Below are positions 1-11,715 of a stretch of DNA of 32,000 nucleotides, piece by piece; position 1 is the stretch's first letter; each line of letters starts with the position of its first letter. The notes under the pieces are model-generated. The model worked only from the letters and a program-made list of their open reading frames with translations, did no database searches and was not told where the DNA came from. The stretch lies in contig CP145872.1 of the NCBI GenBank assembly GCA_041941795.1, positions 390,001 through 422,000 on the forward strand, read 5' to 3'. The translations under genes and the position numbers were made by a program. Source of the DNA: Candidatus Saccharimonadota bacterium. GTDB lineage: Bacteria > Pseudomonadota > Gammaproteobacteria > Enterobacterales > Enterobacteriaceae.

Positions 1-238
1 CTTAAAATTAGGTCATGCTAGGGGAGCAGCAATGGTATCGGCTGTTAATCATCACTTACCTATATTTGAATATGCAGCTAAAAAGGTCAAAAAAACCGTT
101 GTAGGAACGGGAAAAGCCGGTAAACAACAGGTACAGCATATGGTACGTTTTTTGTTGAAATTATCATTTACTCCTGCTACCGATGCAGCTGATGCTTTAG
201 CTATAGCCATCACACATTGTCATATGTGTGTCAAATAA
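1..238 (+). CDS. ruvC: Holliday junction resolvase RuvC, C-terminal part (5' end outside window)
   Basis: Reading frame 2 gives [54 protein letters not shown]...[14 protein letters not shown], which is colinear with the C-terminal half of E. coli RuvC including the DAADALAIA acidic motif. The stop is at 236-238. ruvA and ruvB follow directly. Confidence 0.9.
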   Translation, partial: LKLGHARGAAMVSAVNHHLPIFEYAAKKVKKTVVGTGKAGKQQVQHMVRFLLKLSFTPATDAADALAIAITHCHMCVK

Positions 239-334
239 GTACCCTATTGTCAGGTCTGGTAGCAATAAGAGAAAATTATTATTTCAGGTATTTTTTATAA
301 AATAAATGTTTGTAAAAATTTCAAGGAAATTAAA

Positions 335-967
335 GTGATAGGACGTTTAAGAGGAATTATAATTGAGAAATTACCTCCTCAAATTTTACTTGAAGTAAAT
401 GGAGTAGGTTATGAAGTAAGTATGCCCATGACGTGTTTTTATAGTCTGCCTGAATTAAATGTTGAAGTTATTCTTCTTACACATTTTATAGTCCGGGAAG
501 ATGTAAATTTATTATTTGGATTTAATCATCAACAAGAAAGAACATTATTTCGAGAGTTAATTAAGGTGAATGGGATAGGACCCAAATTAGCATTATCAAT
601 CCTATCAGGTATGTCTTACGCACAATTTATCGCTGCTATTAAAAATAAACAAATTAGTATTCTCGAGAAGTTACAGGGAGTAGGAAAGAAAACTGCGGAA
701 CGTTTAGTAATTGAAATGAAAGATCGGTTAACAGAAAAATATAATAATTTTTTTAATGATATAAATAATCATATTTTAACTCCTAACTGTGATAATGAAA
801 ATAATTTCGCAACACATAGAAATGTGGAAAATGAAGCTATTTCAGCCTTAATCTCACTTGGATATAAGCCGCAAGATGCAAAACGTATAATTAATATTGT
901 CTATAAGGAGCATACTTATGCAGATTGTGAAACCCTCATTCGGGAAGCTCTTCGAACATTTTTATAA
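335..967 (+). CDS. ruvA: Holliday junction DNA helicase subunit RuvA
   Basis: GTG start at 335. The N-terminus [28 protein letters not shown] and the helix-hairpin-helix segments ([27 protein letters not shown]) match RuvA. The gene lies immediately upstream of ruvB. Confidence 0.93.
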   Translation: MIGRLRGIIIEKLPPQILLEVNGVGYEVSMPMTCFYSLPELNVEVILLTHFIVREDVNLLFGFNHQQERTLFRELIKVNGIGPKLALSILSGMSYAQFIAAIKNKQISILEKLQGVGKKTAERLVIEMKDRLTEKYNNFFNDINNHILTPNCDNENNFATHRNVENEAISALISLGYKPQDAKRIINIVYKEHTYADCETLIREALRTFL

Positions 968-980
968 TTAATAAAATTTT

Positions 981-2003
981 ATGAATAAAATTTCTCGTCT
1001 TAACTCTCCAGAGAGGATTATTTCAGATAAGAATGTTCTGAAAAAAAATCTTTCTCAACGTATTATTCGTCCCAAAACCTTAAAAGAATATATAGGACAA
1101 ACAAAAGTAAGAGAACAAATGGATATATTTATTAAGGCGGCTAAAATGCGTTCGGCAGCTTTAGATCATTTGCTTATTTTTGGTCCTCCGGGATTAGGAA
1201 AAACTACTTTAGCTAATGTGGTTGCTAATGAAATGGCAGTAAATTTGCGTACTACTTCAGGACCTATCTTAGAAAAAGCGGGAGATTTAGCTGCACTTTT
1301 AACTAATCTGGAAGCTCAAGATATTTTATTTATTGATGAAATTCATCGTTTGTCTCCGGTAGTAGAAGAAATACTTTACCCGGCTATGGAAGATTATCAA
1401 TTAGATATCCTAATAGGCGAAGGTCCCGGCGCTCGATCTCTAAAACTAGATTTACCTCCATTCACTTTAATTGGCGCTACTACTAAAGCAGGATCGTTAA
1501 CATCTCCTCTTCGAGATCGATTTGGTATTATCCAAAGACTAGAATTTTATGAAATTACTGATTTGCAAAAAATTATTCATCGCAGTGCAGAATGTTTAGG
1601 AGTCAATATTAGTGAGGAAGGAATAAACGAAATAGCTAGACGATCCCGTGGAACCCCTAGGATTGCTAACAGATTATTACGTAGAGTAAGAGATTTTGCA
1701 GATGTATATGCTCAAGGTTACTTAACTAGTGAGGTTACCATAAAAGCTTTAGATGTATTAAATGTCGATACGGCAGGATTTGACTATCTAGATCGAAAAT
1801 TACTATGCACTATTATGGAAAAATTTAGTGGAGGACCAGTAGGCATTGAGAATCTAGCGGCGTCTATTGGGGAAGAAAAACATACTATTGAAGATGTCTT
1901 AGAACCTTTTTTAATTCAACAAGGATACCTAAAGCGTACAGCGCGAGGAAGAATGGCTACACATCAAACTTATAATCATTTTGGAATTAGTATAAAGATT
2001 TAA
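981..2003 (+). CDS. ruvB: Holliday junction DNA helicase RuvB (AAA+ ATPase)
   Basis: 340 aa with Walker [10 protein letters not shown], Walker [11 protein letters not shown] and [18 protein letters not shown]. It is colinear with E. coli RuvB. Confidence 0.96.
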   Translation: MNKISRLNSPERIISDKNVLKKNLSQRIIRPKTLKEYIGQTKVREQMDIFIKAAKMRSAALDHLLIFGPPGLGKTTLANVVANEMAVNLRTTSGPILEKAGDLAALLTNLEAQDILFIDEIHRLSPVVEEILYPAMEDYQLDILIGEGPGARSLKLDLPPFTLIGATTKAGSLTSPLRDRFGIIQRLEFYEITDLQKIIHRSAECLGVNISEEGINEIARRSRGTPRIANRLLRRVRDFADVYAQGYLTSEVTIKALDVLNVDTAGFDYLDRKLLCTIMEKFSGGPVGIENLAASIGEEKHTIEDVLEPFLIQQGYLKRTARGRMATHQTYNHFGISIKI

Positions 2004-2014
2004 TTTGTTCTTTA

Positions 2015-2750
2015 AACGCATTTTTATTATAAGAGTAATAATAAATTATGTAGCATTTACCACAATAGTGGGTCTAGGCGCTATTGCGGAAAAAGAAATG
2101 TAACTCCCGATGATGGACAACAAGATAAGAGTTGATCATCAGCCGCCGTAATAATTAGCCGAGATGGATATTTTTAATAAAGCAAAAACCAATTTTATTG
2201 ACCTTGCAATAGTAAGAGCTAAAAGCAAAAATTAATAATATTTAAAGTTTTTTTGCCTGTTCTCTCGACATGTGCTAACTCCGGATTGATTATAACGGAT
2301 AAGAGTTCACTACCCTTTACTTTGATAATGAATAGGAGCAGAGAAATCACTCCACAAATTATAATGTCTGGAGGCATAACCGTAATTAGATTTTTAATTA
2401 AAAGATAATAATTGATGAATTTTGATTTTCGTAGCTGTGAGGCAATACTAAGGATTACAATAACTCTCAATGCAAAGATTCCTAAGAGAGAATCTCTATA
2501 GTAGAGTATTTACCATTAAAATTATAATCCAGTAAAGTAAAAAAAATAGTAATAATTAATATTATTGATTTATGTTGATCAATTCCTAACTTATTAGCCT
2601 CCTAATAACCAAAAATATCAATAAATTGCGTTTTGTAGAGATATTGTTCCGTGTTCCTGAACAGGCTGATTCACTTAATATGAGACATGAAGAGATATAG
2701 ATCATGTGATACTATTAATAGTGTAACTGATCTCTTAATCGCTCAATTAG
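2015..2750 (-). pseudogene. znuB: Decayed relic of zinc ABC transporter permease ZnuB
   Basis: Minus-strand translations match E. coli ZnuB in patches across several frames. LITVMPPDIIICGVISLLLFI...ELLSVIINPELAHVERTG (inside tracked ORF 2219-2470) aligns with [21 protein letters not shown]...NLLSMTISPDLAFVDGVK. SFSAIAPRPTIVVNAT*FIITLII near 2020-2100 aligns with the C-terminus [27 protein letters not shown]. LIERL near 2742-2750 aligns with MIELL. There are multiple stops and frame changes. It is convergent with ruvB, as in E. coli. The boundaries are approximate. Confidence 0.75.
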
Positions 2751-2754
2751 AGCA

Positions 2755-3130
2755 TATAAGGATAATATGTACATGATTATTAATATCTACTAGTGGCTTC
2801 GTCTAAAATTAATAATTTAGGATTGTTTATTAAAGCGTGTCCCAGTAATATCCGTTATATTTTTCTCCAGAGAGAGGCTTAAGAGGATATTCAATTCATT
2901 TTTCTCTCTTTGTTGAGATATGTCGGATAATATTTACTCCTGATGAGTCAGGATAAATATTGAATTTAATAATTAGTCATCTACTACTAAAATTAGTAAA
3001 AAAATATTTTGGTGAGCAAAACTTTTTTATATAAAAAGGATTGGATTTTACCTTTTACAAAAAAAAATTTGTCGTCTATCGCCAAATAAATTACAAATTT
3101 TCACCTCCATCGATCTTAAAAATTTATTTT
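2755..3130 (-). pseudogene. znuC: Decayed, internally deleted relic of zinc ABC transporter ATPase ZnuC
   Basis: The minus-strand translation of about 2821-2880 is KPLSGEKYNGYYWDTL**, which aligns with the E. coli ABC signature region QKLSGGETQRVLLARALLN. It is followed by TKPLVDINNHV, aligning with EPTQGVDVNGQV. Further upstream there are weak Walker A-region remnants (KKVLLTKI vs GKSTLVRVV). There are tandem in-frame TAA TAA stops. The C-terminal third appears deleted, because the znuB relic starts right after it. The boundaries are approximate. Confidence 0.6.
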
Positions 3131-3362
3131 AATCGTTTCATTAATAAATTTTTGATTAACAACCATTTTTGGGATTATCTCTTAAAAATGGTAATAACAT
3201 ATTAAATTATATTTAATAAATTTTGTATCTGTAAATCACAGATTTCTAATTTTCATCTATTAATTAAACTTAATTTTTATTAAGATTAAGGTAATCTAGT
3301 TAAGTACTTGAATCTTTTTTCTTTTAATTTATCTATTTTTAATAGGAAAGTATATTCCATTT

Positions 3363-4325
3363 ATGAATCAATTAGAATTACTTAGAAAATACACTAAAAT
3401 TGTGGCGGATAGTGGTAATATCAACGAAATTATTCGCTATCATCCTACAGATGCTACTACTAATCCGTCTTTAATATTAAAAGTTGCTATATTAGAAAAG
3501 TATCAACCCTTACTGAAAGATGCTATTCTATACGCAAACCATTTAGGGGGTAATAAAAATATCAAGTTGGTAAATGCTAGCGATAAATTTTTAATTAATA
3601 TCGGATTAGAAATTCTAAAATATATTCCTGGAAAAGTATCGACCGAAATAGATGCACGCTTATCTTTTAATCGTTTTGATTGTATAGCTAAAGCCCGCAA
3701 ATTAGTACAGTTATATCAAGATCAAGGGATACCAAAATCTCGTATTCTTATTAAACTTGCTTCTACTTGGGAAGGAATTGAAGCAGCTAAACAGTTAGAA
3801 ACAGAAGGTATTCATTGTAATATGACATTATTATTTTCTTATATTCAAGCCAAAGCATGCGCCGATGCTGGAGCTTATTTAATTTCTCCATTTGTCGGAA
3901 GAATTTCTGATTGGTATCAGAACCATACTTTAAATTATTTAAAGTATGATGTTACACAAGATCCGGGAGTCAATTTTGTGCGAAATATTTATAATTTTTA
4001 CAAAAAACACAGTTACAAAACAATTGTGATGGGTGCAAGTTTTAGAAATATTTTACAAATTAATGCTCTTACCGGGTGTGATGCTTTAACTATATCTCCG
4101 AAATTTCTAGAGCTATTAGAAAATATTACTGTACCTCTTGAGAGAAACCTCAAACCTTGTTGTACTCAAATAAAATCCTCAAGATTGTCCACGACAATTA
4201 CTGAATCTTTTTTTAGATGTCAATATAATCAAGATATCATGGCAGTAGAAAAACTTTCCGAAGGCATACGAAAGTTTTCTTATGATCAACATAAATTAGA
4301 ACAACTTTTAGTAGAGTACTTTTAA
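3363..4325 (+). CDS. talA: Transaldolase (class I)
   Basis: 320 aa, colinear with E. coli transaldolases: VADSGNI...YHPTDATTNPSLILK, SRILIKLASTWEGI (Schiff-base lysine region), LISPFVGRISDWYQ, TIVMGASFRN, MAVEKLSEGIRKF. By eye it is closer to TalA than to TalB, and the neighbouring dapE relic fits the E. coli talA locus. The paralog assignment is less certain than the function. Confidence 0.92.
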   Translation: MNQLELLRKYTKIVADSGNINEIIRYHPTDATTNPSLILKVAILEKYQPLLKDAILYANHLGGNKNIKLVNASDKFLINIGLEILKYIPGKVSTEIDARLSFNRFDCIAKARKLVQLYQDQGIPKSRILIKLASTWEGIEAAKQLETEGIHCNMTLLFSYIQAKACADAGAYLISPFVGRISDWYQNHTLNYLKYDVTQDPGVNFVRNIYNFYKKHSYKTIVMGASFRNILQINALTGCDALTISPKFLELLENITVPLERNLKPCCTQIKSSRLSTTITESFFRCQYNQDIMAVEKLSEGIRKFSYDQHKLEQLLVEYF

Positions 4326-4386
4326 CTCCCCAAAAGTATACTTCTACTGAATAGTAGAACAAAATATTATTCTCACAAGATAATAA

Positions 4387-4826
4387 ATGTTATTATGTCC
4401 TGTTATTAAACTTAGTACACAATTAATTACTGGTAAATCTATCAGTCCGGATGATGCTGGATGTCAAGTTTTGCTTATGAACAGATTAAGAAAAATTATT
4501 TTTAGTATTGAAAAAAAAATACATTTTAAAAATACTTTAAATTTTGGTGCTGGGCAGGGAAAAGACAAAACTTTTTCTTTTGCAGGACATACCGATGTTG
4601 TTGTTCCTATTGGCAATATTAGAAATTGGAACACGCCTCCATTTGAACCTATCATAAAAAAGGGATTATTATTCGATTCGAGAAAACATTTACCTGTAAA
4701 TATTCTTGAGAAAAATTAATGAATGATTTTTTTTAAAATTCTATGTGGTTAGGATGAATTGCCACATTACAAACATCTGGTTATGTATTTCTTATGCTTG
4801 CCTCTGTCAAAATCATTATGACTAAT
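4387..4826 (+). pseudogene. dapE: Truncated relic of succinyl-diaminopimelate desuccinylase DapE (N-terminal ~100-145 codons only)
   Basis: Tracked ORF 4387-4719 reads [30 protein letters not shown]...[34 protein letters not shown]. This aligns with E. coli DapE [29 protein letters not shown]...[33 protein letters not shown]. Homology breaks exactly before the GRGAADMKG metal-ligand motif. A weak continuation in another frame (NCHITNIWLCISYA vs NHTGRLAFLITSD) runs up to the glyS stop. The remaining ~230 codons of a 375-aa protein are absent. Confidence 0.85.
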
Positions 4827-4832
4827 ATAACA

Positions 4833-6899
4833 TTAGTGAATTTTAGAAAAATTAGCTACTCGTAAGAATAAACTTTGTAATTGGGATAGTAAAGTCAGTC
4901 TGTTTACTTTAATATTATATTCTGGTGTATTAATGATCACTTTTTTAAAAAAAGTATTTATTAATTCATTTAATTCTACTAATTCGCAGAGAATTTCTTC
5001 ATAACGTAGATTAATGAAATAAGGTTTTAATTTAGTAATTAAGTTAGTACTAATTACAGCTAACTTAATTTCTTCAGGGTGCTCTAAAAGAGAAAACTGA
5101 ATATTATCATATAAAATGACTGGAAACTTATCTAATATATTAGATATTCTTTTATAGATAATAATTAAAGTCTTATATGCTGGTATTAAATAAAATTTTT
5201 CAAGTGCTTGAAGTCTAGCATTGCAATCTAGAAGATCAGGAGATTGGCTGGATAAAACTGCTTTAATATTTTCAATCCTATATCCTTTTTCCTGATACCA
5301 GGATCGTAACCGAGCAAAAATAAAATTCATTATATCATCTACTATGTTCATATTTTTTAAACTCTTTTGGTATAAGAAAAGAGATTTTTCTGTAAGATAT
5401 CGCAAATTTAATTTTATATTCTTTTCAAGAAGAATACGTATAATACCTAACGCTAGCCGTCTTAATGCAAATGGATCTTGATCCCCCGTAGGAAATAAAC
5501 CCACGCTACTAATTCCGGATAATGTATCTATTTTATCTGCGATAGCTAAAATTATTCCAATAGCATTAGATGGTAATTGATCGGTTTTATAACTAGGTTG
5601 ATATTGTTCTTTCAAAGCATTATAAACAGAAGGAATTTCTCCATCTAAAAGAGCATAGTACATGCCAGTTTTTCCTTGGGTTTCAGGAAATTCAAAAACC
5701 ATATTAGTCATGAGATCACATTTAGCCAGTAATGCTGCTCGTTTACAAGAAACTTGGTTTTCATTAGTTTTTATCGCTATCCAGGTAACGAGTTTTTGAA
5801 TACGTACCGTTTTATCGAACATAGTGCCTAATTTTTGGTGAAACATAATTGTTTTTAATAGTGGTAAGTATTCTATGAGACGTTTCTTACGATCTAGTTG
5901 AAAGAAAAACCAAGCATCGGATAAACGAGAATGAATCATTTTTTCATTACCGATTATTATTTGGTCAGTATTATGCGATTCAATATTAGCTACAAATATA
6001 ACTTTAGTAAGTAAACGATGATTTTTATCATACACAATAAAATATTTATGTTTTTCTTGAATAAGATGTTTAAGAAGAGGAATCTCGAGAAATTTTTTTT
6101 CAAAATTAGCTGTTAAAATTACCGGCCATTCTACTTGTGAAGTTACTTCATCTAATATTCTTTCATTAATCTCTACTTGACCTCCTATCTTAATAGCGTA
6201 AGATTCAATCTTATTTCTTATTAATTCTTTTCGTTCTTGATAATTAGCAACAACTTTTCCTCTTTGTTTTAAAAGATCAGGATAATAATCAGCAGATGGA
6301 ATGTTGAGTTCCCAGTTTCCCATAAATCGATGTCCATGTATCTGGGTATTAGTTTTTATGCCTAATATTACATCCTCAATAATGGTTTTCCCAAATAATA
6401 ATGTTATGGTATGAATAGGTCTGATAAATTTAATATTATTATTTCCCCATCGCATTAATGGTTGTTTTGAAATCTTCAATAAAGCATTTTTTACTATTTC
6501 TGATAAAAGATTTATAGTTTTTTTTCCAGTTATTTTTTTCTTCAAAAAAACTTTTTTATCTTTTGTTTGTAATAAAATTTTTAGTTGTTTTAATGTTATT
6601 CCATACTGCCGTGTCCAATGTTGGGCTATAATAGTAGGTTTTTTATCTAAATTAAATAATTGGAATAAGGTTGGCACTTTTATTTGAGTATAAGAAGAAG
6701 GCTGATTAGTTATTAAGTGAGTTACTTTTATTGCTAGACGACGAGGAGTCGCATACCATTTTACTTCTTCATAAGCTAAATTAGCACTATCTAATTCCTG
6801 TATTAAATGGACAGCAAATTCTTCTGCAATGACAGGAAGGGTGTGAAATGGTAGTTCTTCAGTACCTATTTCTACTAAAAAATTTTTTATTTTCTTCAT
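4833..6899 (-). CDS. glyS: Glycine--tRNA ligase beta subunit
   Basis: 688 aa. The N-terminus FLVEIGTEELP...WYATPRRLAIKV matches E. coli GlyS (FLVEIGTEELPP...WFAAPRRLALKV). It lies 44 bp downstream of glyQ on the same strand. Confidence 0.95.
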   Translation of the reverse strand: MKKIKNFLVEIGTEELPFHTLPVIAEEFAVHLIQELDSANLAYEEVKWYATPRRLAIKVTHLITNQPSSYTQIKVPTLFQLFNLDKKPTIIAQHWTRQYGITLKQLKILLQTKDKKVFLKKKITGKKTINLLSEIVKNALLKISKQPLMRWGNNNIKFIRPIHTITLLFGKTIIEDVILGIKTNTQIHGHRFMGNWELNIPSADYYPDLLKQRGKVVANYQERKELIRNKIESYAIKIGGQVEINERILDEVTSQVEWPVILTANFEKKFLEIPLLKHLIQEKHKYFIVYDKNHRLLTKVIFVANIESHNTDQIIIGNEKMIHSRLSDAWFFFQLDRKKRLIEYLPLLKTIMFHQKLGTMFDKTVRIQKLVTWIAIKTNENQVSCKRAALLAKCDLMTNMVFEFPETQGKTGMYYALLDGEIPSVYNALKEQYQPSYKTDQLPSNAIGIILAIADKIDTLSGISSVGLFPTGDQDPFALRRLALGIIRILLEKNIKLNLRYLTEKSLFLYQKSLKNMNIVDDIMNFIFARLRSWYQEKGYRIENIKAVLSSQSPDLLDCNARLQALEKFYLIPAYKTLIIIYKRISNILDKFPVILYDNIQFSLLEHPEEIKLAVISTNLITKLKPYFINLRYEEILCELVELNELINTFFKKVIINTPEYNIKVNRLTLLSQLQSLFLRVANFSKIH

Positions 6900-6943
6900 A
6901 ACTGAAATTAATATTATTATTTTTTATTGGTACTGGGTAATTT

Positions 6944-7828
6944 TTATGCATCACGAGATTTAACATATGCCATAATCACTGATTTAGTTAGATCCTGAAG
7001 TCGTAAAATATATTGCTGACGTTCAGTGACGGAAAGTGATTTTCTCGCTTCCAGTAAATTAAAATTATGTCCAGCTTTTAATACTAATTCATAAGCAGGA
7101 AGGGATAAGGGAGGATCTAAACTCAATAATTTTTGAACTTCTTTTTCATAGTGTTCAAAACATTTTTTTAAAAAATTAATATCTGCATATTCAAAATTAT
7201 AAGTAGATTGTTGTATTTCATTTTGATAAAATAAATCTCCGTAAGTATAACTTTTCTTATTATGATCAATATGCCATGTAATATCATAGATGTTATCTAC
7301 ACTCTGTAAGTGCATGGCAAGACGTTCTAACCCATACGTTATTTCTCCCATAACGGGTTTACATTTTAATCCTCCCATTTTTTGAAAATAAGTAAATTGA
7401 GTGATTTCCATTCCATTTAACCACACTTCCCACCCAATACCACATGCTCCTAGGGTAGGATTTTCCCAATTATCTTCTATAAACCGAATATCATTCTGTA
7501 CAGGATCTATACCTAGCGAAAGTAAAGAATGAAGATATAGATCTTGAATATTACTCGGGGATGGTTTTATAATGACTTGAAATTGATAAAAATGTTGTAA
7601 ACGATTAGGATTATCTGCATACCTTCCATCTGTGGGTCGTCTAGAAGACTGAACATAAGCAGCTGAAATAGGTTCCGAACAGCTAGCCCAAAGACAGGTT
7701 AGAGGATGTGAAGTTCCAGCTCCAATTTCTAAATCTATGGGCTGACTCAGAATACAACCTTGAGAATGCCAATAATACTGAAGAGATAATATTAAACTCT
7801 GAAAAGTATAATATGAATGATATTTCAT
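6944..7828 (-). CDS. glyQ: Glycine--tRNA ligase alpha subunit
   Basis: 294 aa, near-colinear with E. coli GlyQ: [82 protein letters not shown]. Confidence 0.97.
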   Translation of the reverse strand: MKYHSYYTFQSLILSLQYYWHSQGCILSQPIDLEIGAGTSHPLTCLWASCSEPISAAYVQSSRRPTDGRYADNPNRLQHFYQFQVIIKPSPSNIQDLYLHSLLSLGIDPVQNDIRFIEDNWENPTLGACGIGWEVWLNGMEITQFTYFQKMGGLKCKPVMGEITYGLERLAMHLQSVDNIYDITWHIDHNKKSYTYGDLFYQNEIQQSTYNFEYADINFLKKCFEHYEKEVQKLLSLDPPLSLPAYELVLKAGHNFNLLEARKSLSVTERQQYILRLQDLTKSVIMAYVKSRDA

Positions 7829-7861
7829 TTGTATATATCATAATAAAAATTATTAATGTTT

Positions 7862-7900
7862 TAAAAAAACATAAAAACCTCTGCCTTATAAGGCAGAGGT
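7862..7900 (-). terminator. Rho-independent terminator downstream of groEL
   Basis: Perfect GC-containing stem acctctgcct (7877-7886) / aggcagaggt (7891-7900) with a 4-nt loop. On the minus strand it is followed by a T-rich run (plus-strand A-run 7863-7876). It lies 29 bp after the groEL stop and upstream of glyQ. Confidence 0.8.
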
Positions 7901-7928
7901 ATATATGAAAAATATAATTTAAAGCAAA

Positions 7929-9593
<1,665 letters not shown>

Positions 9594-9616
9594 TTAAATT
9601 CATTTCATATATAAGT

Positions 9617-9910
9617 TTATAATTCAATAACCGCCAAAATATCGTTTTCTGACAGAATTAAAACTTCATCATTATCGATTTTTTCTGATTTGACACCATA
9701 TCCATCATTAAAAATGATAGTATCACCCACTTTGACATCAAGCGGTTTTATCTTGCCACTGTCTAGAATACGACCATTACCTACCGCCAAAACTTTTCCC
9801 CGAGTCGACTTACCAGCAGCAGCTCCAGTCAGAACTATACCTCCGGCAGATTTAGACTCTACTTCTTTACGTTTGACGATAACCCTATCATGCAATGGAC
9901 GAATTTTCAT
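9617..9910 (-). CDS. groES: Co-chaperonin GroES (Hsp10)
   Basis: 97 aa. [29 protein letters not shown]... is colinear with E. coli GroES. It lies 35 bp upstream of groEL. Confidence 0.98.
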   Translation of the reverse strand: MKIRPLHDRVIVKRKEVESKSAGGIVLTGAAAGKSTRGKVLAVGNGRILDSGKIKPLDVKVGDTIIFNDGYGVKSEKIDNDEVLILSENDILAVIEL

Positions 9911-10002
9911 TAATAGATCTCCTTTAAGAAGTCCAAGCGTTCGTTTTAATTTTATACCGGACTACTTACTCGTCTAGCATCCGGACTTATAAGTATAAAT
10001 AT

Positions 10003-10031
10003 GGATTGGGGATAATTTTATTCTCTTCAAG
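10003..10031 (-). promoter_or_regulatory. Sigma-32 (RpoH) type heat-shock promoter of groES-groEL
   Basis: The minus strand reads CTTGAAG (10031-10025), then a 14-nt spacer, then CCCCAATCC (10011-10003). The remembered E. coli groE P(sigma32) is CTTGAA-N13-CCCCATTTC. It sits ~90 nt upstream of the groES ATG, and the C-run stands out in an AT-rich spacer. Confidence 0.7.
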
Positions 10032-10228
10032 TGTCAAAGATAAAATTTTTCCAAGATTGTTTAAAAATTATTAAATATTCATAAATGGTTATTTATACTT
10101 ATGGTAATAAAAGACATTATATCAAATCACATAATTTAATATTTGCTAATTTTTATATTTTTTGCTTAAAATAATCCAATTAAGAATTATGACCTCTCTA
10201 AATTGAGAGTATTTTTATTAATTATAGA

Positions 10229-11650
10229 ATGAAGGTTACGATGACCAAACAAAATATTCGTCAAGAAGAAGATCTTTTAGGAACTCGTGAAATTCCATTA
10301 CATGTTTATTATGGCATACATACTGTTCGTGCAATAGAAAATTTTACTATTAGTAATACTAAAATTAGGGATATTCCGGAATTAATTCAAGCTATGGTAT
10401 TGGTAAAAAAAGCGGCCGCATTAGCTAATAAGGAATTAAAAGTAATACCAACTCATATTGCGGATATTATAGTTCAAGCATGTAATCTAATACTTTATGA
10501 TGAAAAATATCAAGATCAATTTCCGATTGATCTTTTTCAGGGAGGCGCAGGTACTTCAGTAAATATGAATATTAATGAAGTTGTAGCTAATATTGGACTG
10601 GAAATTATGGGCCATAAAAAAGGAGAATATCACTATCTTCATCCTAATGATCATGTAAATCAATGTCAATCTACTAATGATGCCTATCCAACAGGATTAA
10701 GGATTGCAATCTATATCTTATTACAGAAATTAATCATTAATTTAACAAAATTAGTAGATAGTTTTAAGAATAAATCTAATGAATTTAAAAATATATTAAA
10801 GATGGGTAGAACACAGTTACAAGATGCAGTACCGATGACATTAGGACAGGAATTTCAGGCTTTTCAAATTTCACTTAATGAGGAGATCAATAATATTGGT
10901 TACTCAAGTAAATTTTTATTAGAAGTAAATTTAGGAGCTACTGCAATTGGTACAGGCCTTAATACTCCAAAAGGATATCAACAATTAGTGGTAAAAAACT
11001 TAATTGCCGTTACCAATTTACCTTGTAGGACAGCTGAAGATCTAATAGAAGCTACTTCGGACTGTGGAGATTATGTAATGGTACATAGTGTATTAAAGCG
11101 TCTGGCGGTAAAATTATCTAAGATTTGTAATGATTTACGACTTCTCTCTTCTGGACCGCGAGCTGGATTGAATGAAATAAAATTACCAGAATTACAAGCA
11201 GGTTCATCTATAATGCCAGCCAAAATCAATCCTGTCATTCCAGAAGTAGTGAATCAAGTGTGTTTTAAAGTTATTGGGAATGATACTTGTGTTACTTTTG
11301 CTTCCGAAGCGGGACAACTGCAACTTAATGTAATGGAACCAGTTATTGGTCAATCACTTTTTGAATCCATTACTCTCCTTAGTAATGCGTGTTCTACTTT
11401 AAAAGATAAATGTATCTTAGGCATAACTGCCAATGAAAGAGTTTGTGAATCATATGTATTAAATTCTATTGGTATTATTACTTATTTGAACCCTTATATT
11501 GGTCATCATAATGGTGATATTGTAGGAAAAATATGCGCTTCTACAGGTAAAACTGTACGACAAGTAGTATTAGAACTAGAGCTATTAAATTCCAAAGATC
11601 TAGATCAACTTTTATCAATTAAAAATTTGATAGATCCGAGTTACAAATAA
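10229..11650 (+). CDS. aspA: Aspartate ammonia-lyase (aspartase)
   Basis: Colinear with E. coli AspA along its whole length ([40 protein letters not shown] fumarate-lyase signature). The true start is more likely the ATG at 10241 ([13 protein letters not shown], preceded by AAGG) than the tracked 10229. Confidence 0.96.
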   Translation: MKVTMTKQNIRQEEDLLGTREIPLHVYYGIHTVRAIENFTISNTKIRDIPELIQAMVLVKKAAALANKELKVIPTHIADIIVQACNLILYDEKYQDQFPIDLFQGGAGTSVNMNINEVVANIGLEIMGHKKGEYHYLHPNDHVNQCQSTNDAYPTGLRIAIYILLQKLIINLTKLVDSFKNKSNEFKNILKMGRTQLQDAVPMTLGQEFQAFQISLNEEINNIGYSSKFLLEVNLGATAIGTGLNTPKGYQQLVVKNLIAVTNLPCRTAEDLIEATSDCGDYVMVHSVLKRLAVKLSKICNDLRLLSSGPRAGLNEIKLPELQAGSSIMPAKINPVIPEVVNQVCFKVIGNDTCVTFASEAGQLQLNVMEPVIGQSLFESITLLSNACSTLKDKCILGITANERVCESYVLNSIGIITYLNPYIGHHNGDIVGKICASTGKTVRQVVLELELLNSKDLDQLLSIKNLIDPSYK

Positions 11651-11715
11651 CACCTCTAACAAAAGAGTAACCATCTTAAAAAGATCGAAAATATTTTTGC
11701 TGTAAAACACCGCTT

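Noticed and set aside
239-334. A possible LexA/SOS box upstream of ruvA (ctggtagcaataagag).
   Set aside because: It matches only the CTG half of CTGT-N8-ACAG, because the distal half reads GAG rather than CAG. It is not palindromic.
2219-2470. An 83-aa minus-strand ORF in the ruvB-talA gap that could be taken for a novel small membrane protein.
   Set aside because: Its sequence aligns with the middle of ZnuB, and it is flanked by further ZnuB fragments in other frames. It is the longest open piece of a pseudogene.
3186-3205. A Zur-box-like sequence (aaaatggtaataacatatt) in the former znuA/znuC divergent promoter region.
   Set aside because: It contains an ATAACAT core, but the full stretch is not palindromic. 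I cannot reproduce the Zur consensus reliably from memory, so at most it is a decayed remnant.
3227-3243. The inverted repeat atctgt-aaatc-acagat ~120 nt upstream of talA.
   Set aside because: It has a 6-bp stem and no associated T-tract or known operator consensus. It is within chance expectation for an AT-rich spacer.
4387-4719. A 110-aa ORF that could be read as a small stand-alone protein.
   Set aside because: It is the N-terminal quarter of DapE and lacks the downstream metal ligands and the dimerisation/catalytic domains. I called it a pseudogene fragment.
10100-10228. A possible CRP or FNR site upstream of aspA (TCACA half-site in ...cattatatcaaatcacat...), plus the short inverted repeat ctctc-taaatt-gagag at 10194-10209.
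   Set aside because: Only one half-site matches TGTGA-N6-TCACA, and the partner half is unrelated. The 5-bp repeat is too short to distinguish from chance.
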